Assembly (NCBI GenBank): GCA_038496445.1
Contig: JALMLS010000383.1
Span: forward strand, 1-35,015
Reading direction: 5' to 3'
Origin: Trichosphaerium sp. ATCC 40318
Lineage: Eukaryota; Protista; Tubulinea
Length of the DNA: 35,015 bases
The notes under the pieces were generated by a model. That model was not told the origin of the DNA, did not search any database, and saw only the letters and a program-made list of their open reading frames with translations. Of this stretch, positions 1 through 12,571 are shown one piece after another; the stretch's first letter is position 1, and each line of letters begins with the position of its first letter. The position numbers and the translations under genes were made by a program.

Positions 1-773
1 AACGCTTCTTCGAGAATGTCTAAGCCAACTGAGATGACAGCCTAAAACAAGAGCTAAGCTTACTAAAACAACTCATGGGAGTTCAATCAACTCATAAGAC
101 ATTGTGTACATACGTGGTATACGTTTTTTACGGACTTTATCGATGATAAAACTTGTGCATCTCCTCCTTTAAAAGGATCAGTTTTTGGCGACGTCCAGTC
201 TGACTTTTGGAGGATTAGAGAGTCTCCACCACCATCCTAGTATCTGTGAGTATTTTTAATTTAAGAGAGGTCCTGTTATTAACGCTTTTAAAGGGTAGGC
301 TGTGACGTACAACGAATATAATGTTTGATAAACCAAATTTTTTAAATGATGTTGAAACGGCATTTTTGAGGTTTCTTGGTTCGTAGAACCTAGAGTTTTC
401 ATCTTTCCACCTTGCATAATAAATAACATCTTCATTTAGGGCCTTTGAGATCTTTGGTTCTGCGTATCTACTCCGTTTCAGCAAAAAAAAGTCACTGAAG
501 GCGCCTTGATTGGTTTTCCTTATTTTTTGCGTCATGGTACCTTCCGGGGTAATTTATAACGGTCTCTGGGTTAATTACTGTGCCAAATTGGTGAAATTTT
601 TTGTGATTAGTCATTTTGTCAACAGTACATGGTCTACTACTTCCTATTGCGACATCATGTGTACCCTCGCGTTTTGCCATAAAATAAAGGAGGCTGGCAT
701 TAACAATGTCCAAACCTCCGCCTAGGCCACAAAATAGTATTTTCCGCCTATTCATCCCCTTTTTTGACGCCAT
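1..773 (-). CDS. DUF1152-family protein (spliced; 3' end runs off the window start)
   Basis: N-terminus ILFCGLGGGLDIV, then spliced exons RYAEPKIS, FGLSNIIFV and DGGGDSLIL, resembling the GGGxD and DGGxDSL motifs of DUF1152. GT..AG introns join the ORF-track pieces. Confidence 0.65.
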
Positions 774-840
774 CTCACGTTTTGACCAGAATTGACGTTA
801 ATTCACATCAAACTCACCACAATCAATCCAACGTTACACC
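774..840. promoter_or_regulatory. Compact bidirectional promoter region
   Basis: Only 67 bp separate divergent ATGs at 773 (-) and 841 (+). Confidence 0.4.
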
Positions 841-2247
841 ATGGCTTCTAAATCACCTAAGGGGTGAGCTTTATCATGTTTCTAGCGCATTTATGCTCTT
901 TGACACTTTCCAACATTAACTCGCCTTTAGAGACGACTTTAAAACGTGTCATGTGACTACAGTTGGCGTACAAAACGAAATAACAAAAGAAGGACCACAC
1001 CAACCAGAAGCTGGTCGCTATCATTTATTTACAGCAAAACTATGCCCATTCGCACACAGGCACGTATTATTATTGACCATAAGGGTATCTACGCTTCTTC
1101 AAGCTACCCTCGGGTGTCTTTCCTTTTTTGCCTGAAAATTATTCCGAAATCATTCACACCTTTTGTGGTCGTCTGATTGTCAACCCATAGTTTGCAAGGT
1201 GTATAACCAAGCACCGTTAGATATTCATAATGAAAAATTTACCGCAAATTTATCCGCTAACACGTGCTTTTCCTTTTTGAAGTATTACCGAGATTATAGG
1301 CATTTGTTGCTTTTGTTTTTTTTCTCTTTGCCTTTAACTTTGCGCTTGACACTGTTGTGCTTATTTGCATTGATAGAACAGAAATTGTGAGAAGACTGAA
1401 AGGCTTAGAAGATAGCATTGGGTTAACTATAGCTTGCTCTATTCAATCTGAGACGGGATGGAAACTAGACAATGTCTACGCTGGTAAGACTTAAACTTTC
1501 GCCCCACAGCTACATAAACACTTACACCACATGTAGCGAAGGATGGAGAACCTAATCCAGTGAAAGACACCAAGACTGTACCTGATATTTACCGAGTAAG
1601 TTTATTTTCTGAAAGAATGTTCATGTTAACAAAGTTCATAGCTTGGTACTGATAATCCTCCATCTCGATTTTCTGTACCCGTATTCTACGATAAGAAGCT
1701 TAACAAAGTCGTAAATACAGAATCAGCTGAAATAATAAGAATGCTAAACAGCAGCTTTAATGACGTTTCAAAAGTCCCAGAACTTGACTTATACCCAGAA
1801 TCCCAGCGTAAGGACATTGACGCTTTCAACGACAATATCGGAACTACCTTCGTATCCGCTATATATCGTGCTGGTTTCGCTAAAGATAAGGATGTATACA
1901 GTAAGTACTACGACTCTGTCTTTAAAGCTCTTGAAGACTTGGACAAGCGATTTTCTGATGGAAGAAAATATGTGTTCGGCGACAATCTCACTCTTGCTGA
2001 TGTCTATGTTTTCGTACACGTGATTCGGTTCGACTCTGTTTATTACGGATTATACAAGCTTAACGAAAAGCACATTCATGAGTATCCAAACATCAGGGCG
2101 TACATTGAACGTCTTTGGAAAATTGATGCTTTTTCTAAATCTACTGATATCAAAGAAGCACAGATTGGATACTACTTAAGCTGGAATCAACCAAGCCAAA
2201 TAAAAGTTGCTCCTAAAAGCACTAGTATGGGTTGGTTACTTGGATAA
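841..2247 (+). CDS. Glutathionyl-hydroquinone reductase / omega-like GST (Ecm4/YqjG family), about 6 exons
   Basis: Spliced product has EAGRYHLF..CPFAHR|TEIVRRLKGLEDSIG, RFSVPVFYDKK..VVNTESAEIIRML, IYRAGFA and LTLADV..IRFDSVY. Confidence 0.9.
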
Positions 2248-2563
2248 CTAAACTGACATCAACGATAAAGTGTAGAACAATAAACAACAGAATACTTCAA
2301 ACATTTTTTTTTTACTGAGATAAGTTTTCATATTCTAAGACGGTGGAGGTCGTTGCACAAGCACTTAGTTTGATATGTTATGTCTTGTAGTCTTGTATGT
2401 AAGTGATAACCTACAGTATCGTAAATGGTTTAATTTGGTGTTTTTTACCTGATCTAGCAACATCAAAGTGCTCGCAAAAAGTTTGACTTGAGGTACGCTC
2501 AATTACAGCAAAACCTTTCGTTAGCTTCATAGCCTGAATACTTCTTGTATCGTTTGACTGCAG

Positions 2564-4650
2564 TGTTCAACAATTTTGTCGCCAGTTTCAACAGGGAGAT
2601 AGTGTAAGTGAAAATACACCAAAGACAAGAGCTCTTCTGTGAACAGGTTTTGTGGCTTAAGCCAGGAGGTTGTTCGTTGAATTTAAAGAAAATCACAGCA
2701 ACACTTGGCCACAACAATGAGTCCTCGACATCCGACCCTACTGTCAGTATTCGTTTTAGCACTCAGCTTCTTTATTTTAGTAAATGCTAAACTCTCTTCT
2801 CGATACGTGAGCTTCTTGAAAGACTTTAAAGGTGAATATGCTGTTTGGGTATGTATAGCTAACTATACGTGCCTCTAGCGAGCTTCTCCGGATGGCCTTT
2901 TGAGTTAGATACAGCCAACGTTGATTCTTGGTGTAGTATACAAGATAGCACTGGTCATAGCTTTCTCGTGTGCTCAGGGAGTTCGGTTTCTCGAATGTGC
3001 GTTCTGTGATCCACGTGAAAAATACCAATCAAATAATCCTGTATGTCTAATGACACGTGCGTAGGGAATTGTTTTTCGAAGAAAACACGCTATTTGGTAC
3101 TATCCCCGATATCTTTGACAGAGTAGATTCTAACTTTCAAGAATTGTACGTTGCGTAAAAGAGACTGCTTTGCGCTCTAAAAAAATTACTAAGCGCAATT
3201 CATCAACAAAGAGGAGTTCATGGCACTATACCACCGACATTATTAGATGCTTCTTTAGAGATTATATCTATACGCGGTACTAATATCACCGGGGAAATAT
3301 CAAATACAGTTTCCCCAATACTTGTGGACTTGTACACGTGTTTTTGCTTAACGTCAGGTTTTTTAACTTTCTTCAGGAATTTATCAGACAATCTACTTAC
3401 TGGCGGTTTACCTGATTTCATTGGTGATGCAACGTCACTTCAGTTTGTGACTCTCAATAACAACAACTTATATGGTCCTCTAAAGGCAATATCACCTTCA
3501 ATGCTAAGCTTGTAAGCATTTTCATTCATGATTGTTTGCCAATTGGTTTTCTTGTTTAGGGACGTATCAGAAAACGAATTAAGTGGTTCTCTTGAGGCTA
3601 TTTCACAATCGAGATTAGTCAGTTTGTGCGTTTTAACCTTGGGTTGTTAGGAATAACAAAAAACTAGTTTTGGAGAAGCCAACTTTTTCACAACTCTACC
3701 TACAGAGTTACCTCGAGACATGAGTATACTGTACGTCTACTATGAATAATATTGGATTTATCTAATGGCACGGTAGGGTATTATCAAGTAACAACATAAC
3801 TGGATCGATTCCAAAGAGTTTTTTTGAAGGACGAATAACCCAAATGCAAGATAATTTCTGCGGTTGATACTAACTTAGCTCACTAGAGATCTAAGCGATA
3901 ATCTACTATATGGTAGTGTACCTCCAGTAGGGAATAATTTAAGAAGAGTGTAAGTTGCATTCAAGCAAAATTTGTTTGGTGCTGTATCGTGTCTGGCATC
4001 TGATAAGAAAATTGTAGGAATCTTGAAAACAACTTATTGAGTATTTGTCCTGATGAACGGACATTTAACAACTCTCGCCTTATAGAATGGTGTGCTTATT
4101 TCATAACAATTAAACTTGCTAACGTTAGTGATACAGTAAACTATCTTGTAACAATATTGAATGTGGTAGATGTGATAACACTCACTTGTTGCAATGTAAG
4201 TGAACAGAAGCTGCATTCTTTTTGCAATCCTGATAATGAAACATGCTGTACAAACCTGTTTCTGTAGGGCTTATTGACAAATACAGCCTTGGTATTATAC
4301 TGGGTAGTATATATTCTGTAGTCCTTTTGTCGTTATTGTTTGTGACGATTGTCTTATTCTTGAAGTACAAAAGAAGAAAACATGTAGAATACTCAAAAAT
4401 GCAACGTACTGTTTTATACTTGATTGTCTTTGCTTTTGATGTATTTCTAGAAGAAGGATTAAAAGAAAATGGAAATGAAACAACAATTATGCACCACACT
4501 GAAAACAGTGAAGAGAATGGAGACATTACAAGTATTACTAGTACTTTTCTTTCATGTTATATTTGATCTAACAACTAACAAACAGTAGGATATGAAACGC
4601 TTTCTGAAGCAAGTATTCCTGAAGAAGGAAGCACTACTACAAAGACATAA
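2564..4650 (+). CDS. Leucine-rich-repeat single-pass membrane protein (no kinase domain); 5' end uncertain
   Basis: LRRNT-like cap (GWPF..DSWC..VCSGSSVSR). Roughly one LRR per exon (NLSDNLLTGGLP, DVSENELSGSL, VLSSNNITGSIP, DLSDNLLYGSVP), then a Cys cap, TM helix LGIILGSIYSVVLLSLLFVTIVLFL-KYKRRK and a short tail ending TAA at 4650. Confidence 0.8.
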
Positions 4651-4983
4651 AGAAGATATGCTTTACTTCCAAGAAGACAGAAACGGATGAATAAATTCTA
4701 GTTTAATAAGTCTATGGCTACATTTAAGACCCACATTAGGGCTCCTTCATAGTTGCATCTCATTGACTCCATAGGCAAGAAGCACAAACATACGTATTAT
4801 GGCATCACTGTATCTTGTGTTTAACTTAAAAACGTGCGCCTCTATGTACAATGTGGTCAAAGAAGAAATTGGCTTGTTTGCATCTAGGAACCACATAGCC
4901 AAATAGTCAAGACTAGTCCCTTTCAAACTGTTTTATCACGTGTCTAATTTCTAATACAAAAAAAACCAGTACTTTGTAACAGA

Positions 4984-5577
4984 ATGACAGCAACACAAAA
5001 GGCACTTGTTCACAATCTACATGCCTTTACAATAGCTAATGAACCGTTAAAACAGACAAATACCTCAGAATTAGATGAATGCTATCTAGTGCATCTTCCA
5101 GTAGAGCTACAGCTTGATATAATTGACTTGGACACTGAATTGGAAATAAAGTGGCCTTTGCTCTCAAAAAAGTCAGCAATCATAACAAGATATGATAACG
5201 AATTGAATAAACATGGGAAATGGACAAAATATTTGGTAGAACCATCTAGAAGGATAAACCCGAAGATTTTAGGTGTTGAAGATTGGAATCATGGTGCAGA
5301 GAATGGAGAGTTCAAAAGTTGGCACAAGAATGGTCGTCCAAAGCTTTGTTGTAGTTATGTTCTTGGTAATCTTGAACGAGAGTACAGAACTTGGTACTAC
5401 ACTGGACAAATCAGCACTCAATGTAATTATGTAAGTAGTAATCTTGATGGAGAGTACAAGAAGTGGTATAAAAACGGTGTACTATGGAAACACTACAATT
5501 ATGTTAATGGAAAACGAAAGGGTGAGTGCAGAGAATGGCGTGAGCAGGGACAGATACATATGACTTGGATAGAATAA
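4984..5577 (+). CDS. F-box-like + MORN-variant (MORN_2/YwqK-like) repeat protein, intronless
   Basis: LVHLPVELQLDIIDLD followed by GE(F/Y)KxW(H/Y)xNG repeats. Confidence 0.8.
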   Translation: MTATQKALVHNLHAFTIANEPLKQTNTSELDECYLVHLPVELQLDIIDLDTELEIKWPLLSKKSAIITRYDNELNKHGKWTKYLVEPSRRINPKILGVEDWNHGAENGEFKSWHKNGRPKLCCSYVLGNLEREYRTWYYTGQISTQCNYVSSNLDGEYKKWYKNGVLWKHYNYVNGKRKGECREWREQGQIHMTWIE

Positions 5578-5933
5578 CAGAAAGTGTTAGTGCGTAGATT
5601 ACATAGCAATCACTGTGTACTTGATGTGTGGATAGATGAACAATTCGCTTACATGGATATACAATATGCAAGACTTTGTAGGGTTAAATTTGAGTTGAAT
5701 TATTATTAACAAAAGCATTTTTTTTTCAACAACAAAACAAGTTGTCTCTGTGTTAGCTACAGCAATGGTGATGTCCGTCTTTTGCTTCTTGGTTTTGTTT
5801 CCATACCGAACCATCCTCATAATACTCTTTTTTCCACTGGAACGTACCTGTAGGTTGTCACATAACGGAGAATCAAACTTAGCACAAGTTTTTAAGTTGG
5901 GATTTTGCCTTTCGTCTGTTTGTACGAGTTACC

Positions 5934-6633
5934 ATGGCGCTGTGTCTCGTCAGAGACGCTACCAAAGACGATGCTGGAACTATTTTCGATCTGTTGAAGG
6001 TTTCAACACATAAACATACTAAAATAACGGCCTTTAGGCTTACTTGGGTGTTAGAGAGCGTAAAACGAACCTAACGGTTGATTGTACGAAAAAATACACT
6101 AACATCCACTGACAATTCTTAAAGCTATTAAACGAGATCTTGGCGATTGTTTTCATGTAGCAATAGCATTTATAGAGGCGAAACCGGTTGGCACGTTCAT
6201 TTATAAAATGTCATTCCCAAAAACGCTAACTAACACTTAGGTTTGGCTTTATACTACTTCAGGTTCTAAACTAGCGACTTAACAAATTAATAACCACAAA
6301 GAAAGGTATTCAACTTGGGAAGGAAAAGAACTGCAACTAGAGGAAATATACGCTATCGACAACGATAAAGGAGTACTTACCGCGCTGATGAAGCATGTAG
6401 CAGATATTGCTTATAAAAAGGACTGCAAGAGGTGCTCTCACTGTTGAAATGCTTAATATCGCTTTTTTAATCGCCTTGACACATTCTACAGGCTTAAACT
6501 TGAAGTAGAGAAGACGGACGAACAACAACAAAAATTTTGGACTGATCTCGGTATCACAAGAACAAAAGCATTGCTTGTTTATCGTCTTGATAAGAACGGA
6601 TTACTGAAGTTACAAGAGACTCCTTCTTCATGA
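5934..6633 (+). CDS. SSAT/diamine acetyltransferase-like GNAT protein (missed by the ORF track; about 6 exons)
   Basis: Spliced: MALCLVRDATKDDAGTIFDLLK...FHVAIAFIEAKPVG|LALYYFR|YSTWEGKELQLEEIY...KDCKR|LKLEV...FWTDLG. YSTWxG is typical of SAT1/SAT2. Confidence 0.8.
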
Positions 6634-7430
6634 TTTAAAACGTGATTAAAGCCAGAAATCAGATCACAATACAAAGCATACAATTTTAAAAAAACCCAGA
6701 TGGCTGCCATTCTTTGGACAAGCGTCACGAACCATCAACGGACTCAATGGTGTTACGCTGCCTAGCAGTGATCAAATACAGTTTTTGCGCTCCACAGGAG
6801 CAGCCTTTCATTGAGAAGTCATAACCAAATTGGTTTGTACACGTGATTTATAGGCAGTTAGAAATTGAAAAGCGTTACTTCAATGGCGGATGTAGTCTAA
6901 GTAAACGTGGTACAACTAAAAACTATCACAAACACGCCGTTGTATGGCAGTTGTCACGAAAACTAGTACTGTTACGATATTAAACACGTGGGAAATGACA
7001 ACACGCTCGCGAATAGTAAATCATTGATTTCACATGAACCGAATATTCTTGCGACCTGAAATCATTCCATAACGCCATACAGGGTGGCAGAACTATTATC
7101 TACCTAATTAAAGTAGACAAGCACTCACAAAGCGGAAAATTCGCAGTTTTTGTTGCGAGTAGATTGTCCCGTTTGTTGAAACGTCGTTAAACAAAAAAAT
7201 TGGTTTTAGCCGTCTGAAAACGTTTGTTTACCGTCGAAAAACAACAGAAACCGTAGTGACATCTGTTTTTATCGGTACTCGATGCTTCTTCCATTGTTTT
7301 TTGTAGTTAATTGACAACTTTATGTCATTCTTAATGCATTTACATAAACATCTACAATGAACACAACAAAGTACGTAACACTTAAAACACTTGTAAAGTA
7401 TAATCATTCTAATCTAAAGGTTGTAGTTTA

Positions 7431-7900
7431 ATGACACCTTTACTGTACATCTCTTTTCTCTGCATTCTACCTTCTGTGCTATCTTTTGGAGATGTCAGAC
7501 AATTCGCTGTTATAGATCCACTTGACTTTGATAACGTTGAGCAGGGAATAGCTTAGGATGCTGTTACTGACAGATACTTGGTAGCATATGAGGTCTCTGG
7601 AACAGAGTCTGACAGTGTAGCAATGCTACTTGATGAAAACGGAGTACATAGTCCAGCTCGTATTTTTCCAATAAGTCAATCTTCTGAAAAAGCGAGAACG
7701 CAAACCCAAGTGCTGCCTTTGATACAAATAAGTATGTGGTAGTATGGGCTTCTCAAGAAGTCGTTGGTAATGATAGGGATTTTGGTATATTTGGAGCATC
7801 AGTTGACCCTGTAACTGGCGATGTATCTCCTCAATTCAGAGTTTCAGTTTTCAAAGATATTGAATCTGCGCCTGTCATAATTGTTAATTTTGACGCTTGA
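7431..7900 (+). pseudogene. Disrupted secreted beta-rich protein (signal peptide, propeller-like repeats)
   Basis: MTPLLYISFLCILPSVLS signal; IA*DAVTDRYLVAYE has an in-frame TAG near 7554; a -1 shift in the A-run near 7687 leads to NPSAAFDTNKYVVVWASQE. Confidence 0.55.
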
Positions 7901-7909
7901 TTGTTTAGT

Positions 7910-8990
7910 TCTTGTAGTTTCAATTCTATTACGGCTCCTGAGCCAGTACTGTCCATCCAAAACACGGTGTATACTTACCTACTCAGGTGTACGCTTATTT
8001 ACCTGTTTAGAGCCGAAGCGTTAATTTCGCAAAACAATTTTTGGGGAAACACAATCACTGGATGCCGGAGTCTTTCCATAAGTTTACTCGTATCTGAAAG
8101 CAACAACGTGACTACAATTCGAAATTGTAAATTCGAAAACAATTCTATTCAAACAAATGCGAACTGTCCAAGTCGAGGTTTCATCTTTAAACAATATGGA
8201 AATGTACAATCACGTGATACTTTTTCTTTCAACTTATTTAGTTCAGCTTGTTGTCAATGGCTCTTTTTTTCAGGATAATACACTCGAACCGAGCAATACA
8301 GGCATGATCAATTGTTTTTTTACAGGTTCATTAATCCCTTTCTTTAAGTTCTTCTGTCGGATAGCATCATCAATACAGTAGATACAATTTCTGTGAATAT
8401 TGAAGGCACCAGTTTTGTGGGAAATAATCTAGATATCGCTAGTGTTATTGACAACGCAAATAGCTCAAATACTAGTATAGTCCTTTGAACAGAAACAAAA
8501 TAATTAATAAGAATAGGATTTGTAGTAGACACCGTGGATGGGAATGAAACGATAATAAGATCATCGGTTTTTAAAGACAACATCGGATTAGAGTACGTTT
8601 CAACTATTTTTTGGAATGATGTGTCTTCTTTGCTACCATGCCTCAAAATTTAACAGTCTTCTAGCGTCATGTCATTACGGTACTCTACAAATTAGTTTAC
8701 CTCATTCACTAACTCTGAGACAGTACGCAGTTTTCCAATATTGAGTAAGTGACGCAAATGAAACTAAAAGTATAAATGACCTCTAACTTTTCGTTTTTAG
8801 AGACGTCCACATTAATACGGATGGTACAGTTACCATAAACTTACAAAACTCTAAATCATGTTCAGTTTCTCGGGTTCGTGTGGGTTGTAACTCTTGTAAC
8901 TCTTCGATTTTACTACAGCGTACGTTAGAGATAGTCTTTCAAAGTAGTACTAACAGCATAGTTTCAAAGAAACTGTTTTTGAAGATTCTC
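7910..8990 (+). CDS. Spliced exons of a right-handed beta-helix (pectin-lyase-like) protein, possibly a fragment
   Basis: Exons with ISQNNFWGNTI, IRNCKFENNSI, VNGSFFQDN, IEGTSFVGNN and IRSSVFKDN patterns, separated by GT/GC..AG introns. Confidence 0.45.
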
Positions 8991-9591
8991 CATGTAAAAA
9001 CTAAGTTCTGTCTCTAAAACTCCTATAGTGGTAAACCATAGGTATAGAGACGGGTGATGATAGCTTTATGTGGAACACTGAAAGTGATAAAAAATCCCAG
9101 AAACGACAGAATGTAATCCTTAATCACTATGTTCTAAAAGAATTACCTGCAAAACATGGTGGTGATAGAGGAGAAGAATATGATCCCAGGCAGTAAAAAC
9201 TTGTTTTTAGTTTCAATGAAATAGTTGATTGAAGTACACTAATTACCAGTAAGTTCTGGTTCAACTACATTATAGAAACATATGCAATCTGAAGCATACT
9301 CAAAATATGGCCAAAACTACCATTTTTGAGGTGTGCTAGACTTTTTTTGAAAGTGTGAACTACCAGTAAATTTTGATGTTTGGATACTTGTGCCTTTATT
9401 CAAGCCTTAAAAACTTACCCCTTTGTCACAATGACAAGTATCCCAAGTATTACTTATCGCGTTACAACGGTGAGACTTCAACAAGATTGTTGATTTGGAT
9501 GTAGCTTGATCTTCTAATTTGTCTGGTACGTGATCTGGGGCATTATCGCTTTTGAGATGTTTCGAAAAAGTATGAAATATTTGACTCGCAA

Positions 9592-9770
9592 CCATCTTAA
9601 CTTCAATCGCCACTTTCAACATGTAGCTATGTTGCTATACATATCCTACCTAGGTAGGCAAACTCTTTTGCAATTCGTTTGTGCTGTACCGAGGAAAAGT
9701 TCTGACAGTCAAAGCAATTTTTTTTTCGTTTCGAAAATCATTTTTTGGGATTTCTGAAAACGCCTCAAAA
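9592..9770 (+). repeat. Dispersed ~180-bp repeat, copy 1
   Basis: Aligns by eye with 33646-33812 (shared blocks CCATCTTA, CTTCAATCGC, GCTATACATATCCT, AGGCAAAC, TGCTGTACCGAGG, CTGACAGTCAAAG, TTCTGAAAA). Confidence 0.85.
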
Positions 9771-10063
9771 GCAATGCTGCCCAAGTACAAACCCTCGAAG
9801 GTACTAGGCCGTATTATAGTGAAAAAGGGTAGACAAGGGATTTCACTACCAACAAATTTGATGCGCTAGAAGTACATCCAGTTGTGGTATGTTTTCAAGG
9901 CTGTTCTATGTGATTGTCGTTTCTTTTTGAGCTCTAATGGAAGCAAATTTATGCTCACAAAGGACTTTCTATTTCTTCAAGCAACTATGTGATTTCGGAT
10001 AGAAAACTGGGAGCTTTTCGTTTGCTGAAAGAAAAAAAAGCAAAAAAAAAAATAAACTCGGTG

Positions 10064-12092
10064 ATGGTGCGATTTGCGATAAAGCTGAACGAAAAACGAC
10101 ATCATTGGTATGCTGGCGAAACAATACGAGGACATGTCAGCTATGGTAAAGCTAAACCGCTTACAATAAGGTAAAGTCGCGTTATTATACAACCAATAAA
10201 TAACATAAGCGTAGATATTTGCGTATCGCGTTTGTTGGCGTCGAAAGTATCGTAGAGCCCACAAGAAAAAAGAAACGCAAAGGGAGTATCACCAAATCCA
10301 ACGTAAAGAGGGTTAAAGTACTAGAACGAGTTCGTTACCTCATAGGCGATCCTTCAAATCCGTTATATTCAAAACGTCTTCCAGGAGGTAAAAACCATCA
10401 CTTAATACGCAACAACGCGATTAAATTACCCGTAGGTGAACATACATTTCCTTTTGAAATTCAACTCCCAATGGGTATCCCGTCAACGTGTGGTCATCCC
10501 AAGGGCATATTTCGCCTCAGATACACGCTAAGCGCACATTTAGAAGTACCCGGATACCCTAACAGTAAGTTCATAACTTTCACGTGTACAAGTGTCACAA
10601 AAAAGATCAACAAACTCAGATCAATTTGTTAGAGTGTAAACAATATTCCAGACCAACTTTTTGCACCAACTCCCGAGTTGTGTCTTTGGATTTTTTTGTT
10701 TTGTGGTTTTTTTTGTTTCTTTTTTGGAGTTTTACGTTGCTTCGTATCTGTAAACACTGATGTTTTTTGAAAAAAAAATAGGTCAAGCGTCACAGGAGGT
10801 ATTCGTTCTAGCAGATCCTACTCCAGTTGCTAGACCACAGACTCTATTTGCTCAAACAAAAAGTGTTTCTTCAAAACCTATTAAAACAGAATGTACTCTC
10901 TTAAGACATGCCATGTTCCCTGGTACGCGCCTATAATTTTTCGTAGTACTTTATGTAACCATCTACTATTGCTTTTAATTATTGTGGATACATTCTTAAC
11001 ATATTTCTAGGAGATGTGATGGCAATTCATCTAAAACTTGAAAATAAGGCTTTGCTTCCAATCTCGAAATTCTCAGTGGACATTAGACAGATTTGGGCTG
11101 CTGGTAACTTACGTGATAATCTTGCGTTCTCTCACGCAGATTATATGATGTCACAGTACGTACACAATTTATCGATATTTTAAAATCACGTGACATAAAG
11201 ATAAAAGGAACGCCATTCGTTTTCGCGCTAAATTACAAACTACAATTCACATTTAACTTCATACGCTTTTGTATACATCGTTCTATAACCAAAGCTACTC
11301 CTATCAATACTCCAACGGTATTTGCGAGTGTCTGACGCGAAGAAAACAAACGAGTTTTACAATGAAATATAAAGTTTTTTTGCCTTTGTTGATTTCTCTT
11401 TAGGTTTTCTCCTACTCCTGTATCCATATTTGAACTACCTATAAATGTTCAAATACCTACAGATATAAATCCAACTATTGATACAGCAAAGACAATAAGC
11501 GTTAGATATTTCTTGGTTGTTACAGTCTTTGTTAGAAGAAGCCCAGAGGTGCATTTTAAGGTTATCTTTTACCAGCTTATTCGTTCATAGCTTACTCTCA
11601 ATTGTCCTTTGTTGATTATACCACGTCCTCCACCAACAAAGGCTGCACCTGCACCTACTGTGGTCCATGTACATCATCACCATTACCACAACAACAACAT
11701 TGTTCAACAACCTCCTCAAGTTGTACAGGTTCAAAACAAACTATTTACTTTTCTCCCTTAACCGTTGCTTACTAGGCGCCTAATGCGAATCCACAAGCTT
11801 ATGTAAACCCTCAAATGCCTAAAGCGTACGCGCAGCCTCATCAGCAAGGCTTGGGCAGTGTACGAACAAAAAGAAAACATAAACCATTCAAACCTTTTTT
11901 ACTCACCTTTTTTAGGCACCTCTTCCAATCCAGCACAGTCCATCTGCTCCCCCAATGACATACGAAGATATTGGAATGGGCACGGATACACCGCAACAGT
12001 AAAAAAACCCAAAAAGTTAACACGTGGTCTTAGATGCGAATAGAAAAGCTAAAGAAATTTCTGTGTCTGATGTAGACTTTGTAGTTTTGTAA
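10064..12092 (+). CDS. Arrestin-domain (alpha-arrestin-like) protein with Pro/Gln-rich tail
   Basis: WYAGETIRGHV, LRIAFVGVE and GEHTFPFEIQLP..IPST..LRYTLSAHL (arrestin N). FPGD..IHLKLENK and ELPINVQIP..PTI..ISVRYFLVV (arrestin C). Tail contains PSAPPMTY. Confidence 0.85.
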
Positions 12093-12571
12093 ATAATTTT
12101 TGTTTTGTACATACCTCACTTGTACATAAAATAAAACCTTCTTAACAAGGTGTAACAGAAATATCTACTACTCCAACACTTGTAACTGAAAACCAAACGC
12201 ACAAAAAATCAAACATAGCAACAAAGAATAACTCTTTAGTGGCACGTGTACTTCAATCGTTACATCTACATTGGTCGATATGATGTTGTGGTGAGGTACG
12301 CTATCTATATAGGCTCTGCCAGTTCATGGACAACAACGTCTCCCAATTGATTCTCAAAAAAGTCAACACGTTTTTCATAGCTACCAATAGCCTGATTTTG
12401 TCTAAACTGCGCCAATCCTGTTAGTTACTCGATAAATTTTACGTGTTGTAAACACTATTGCCGGCAAATGATCAAAAGAAAAAGGTATCTTAACAAAGCC
12501 CGCCAAAATCAGATCTAAGCCCATTTTACACTAATTAACGCGCTAGCGTGCGTCAAAGAGGTTTTACAGCT

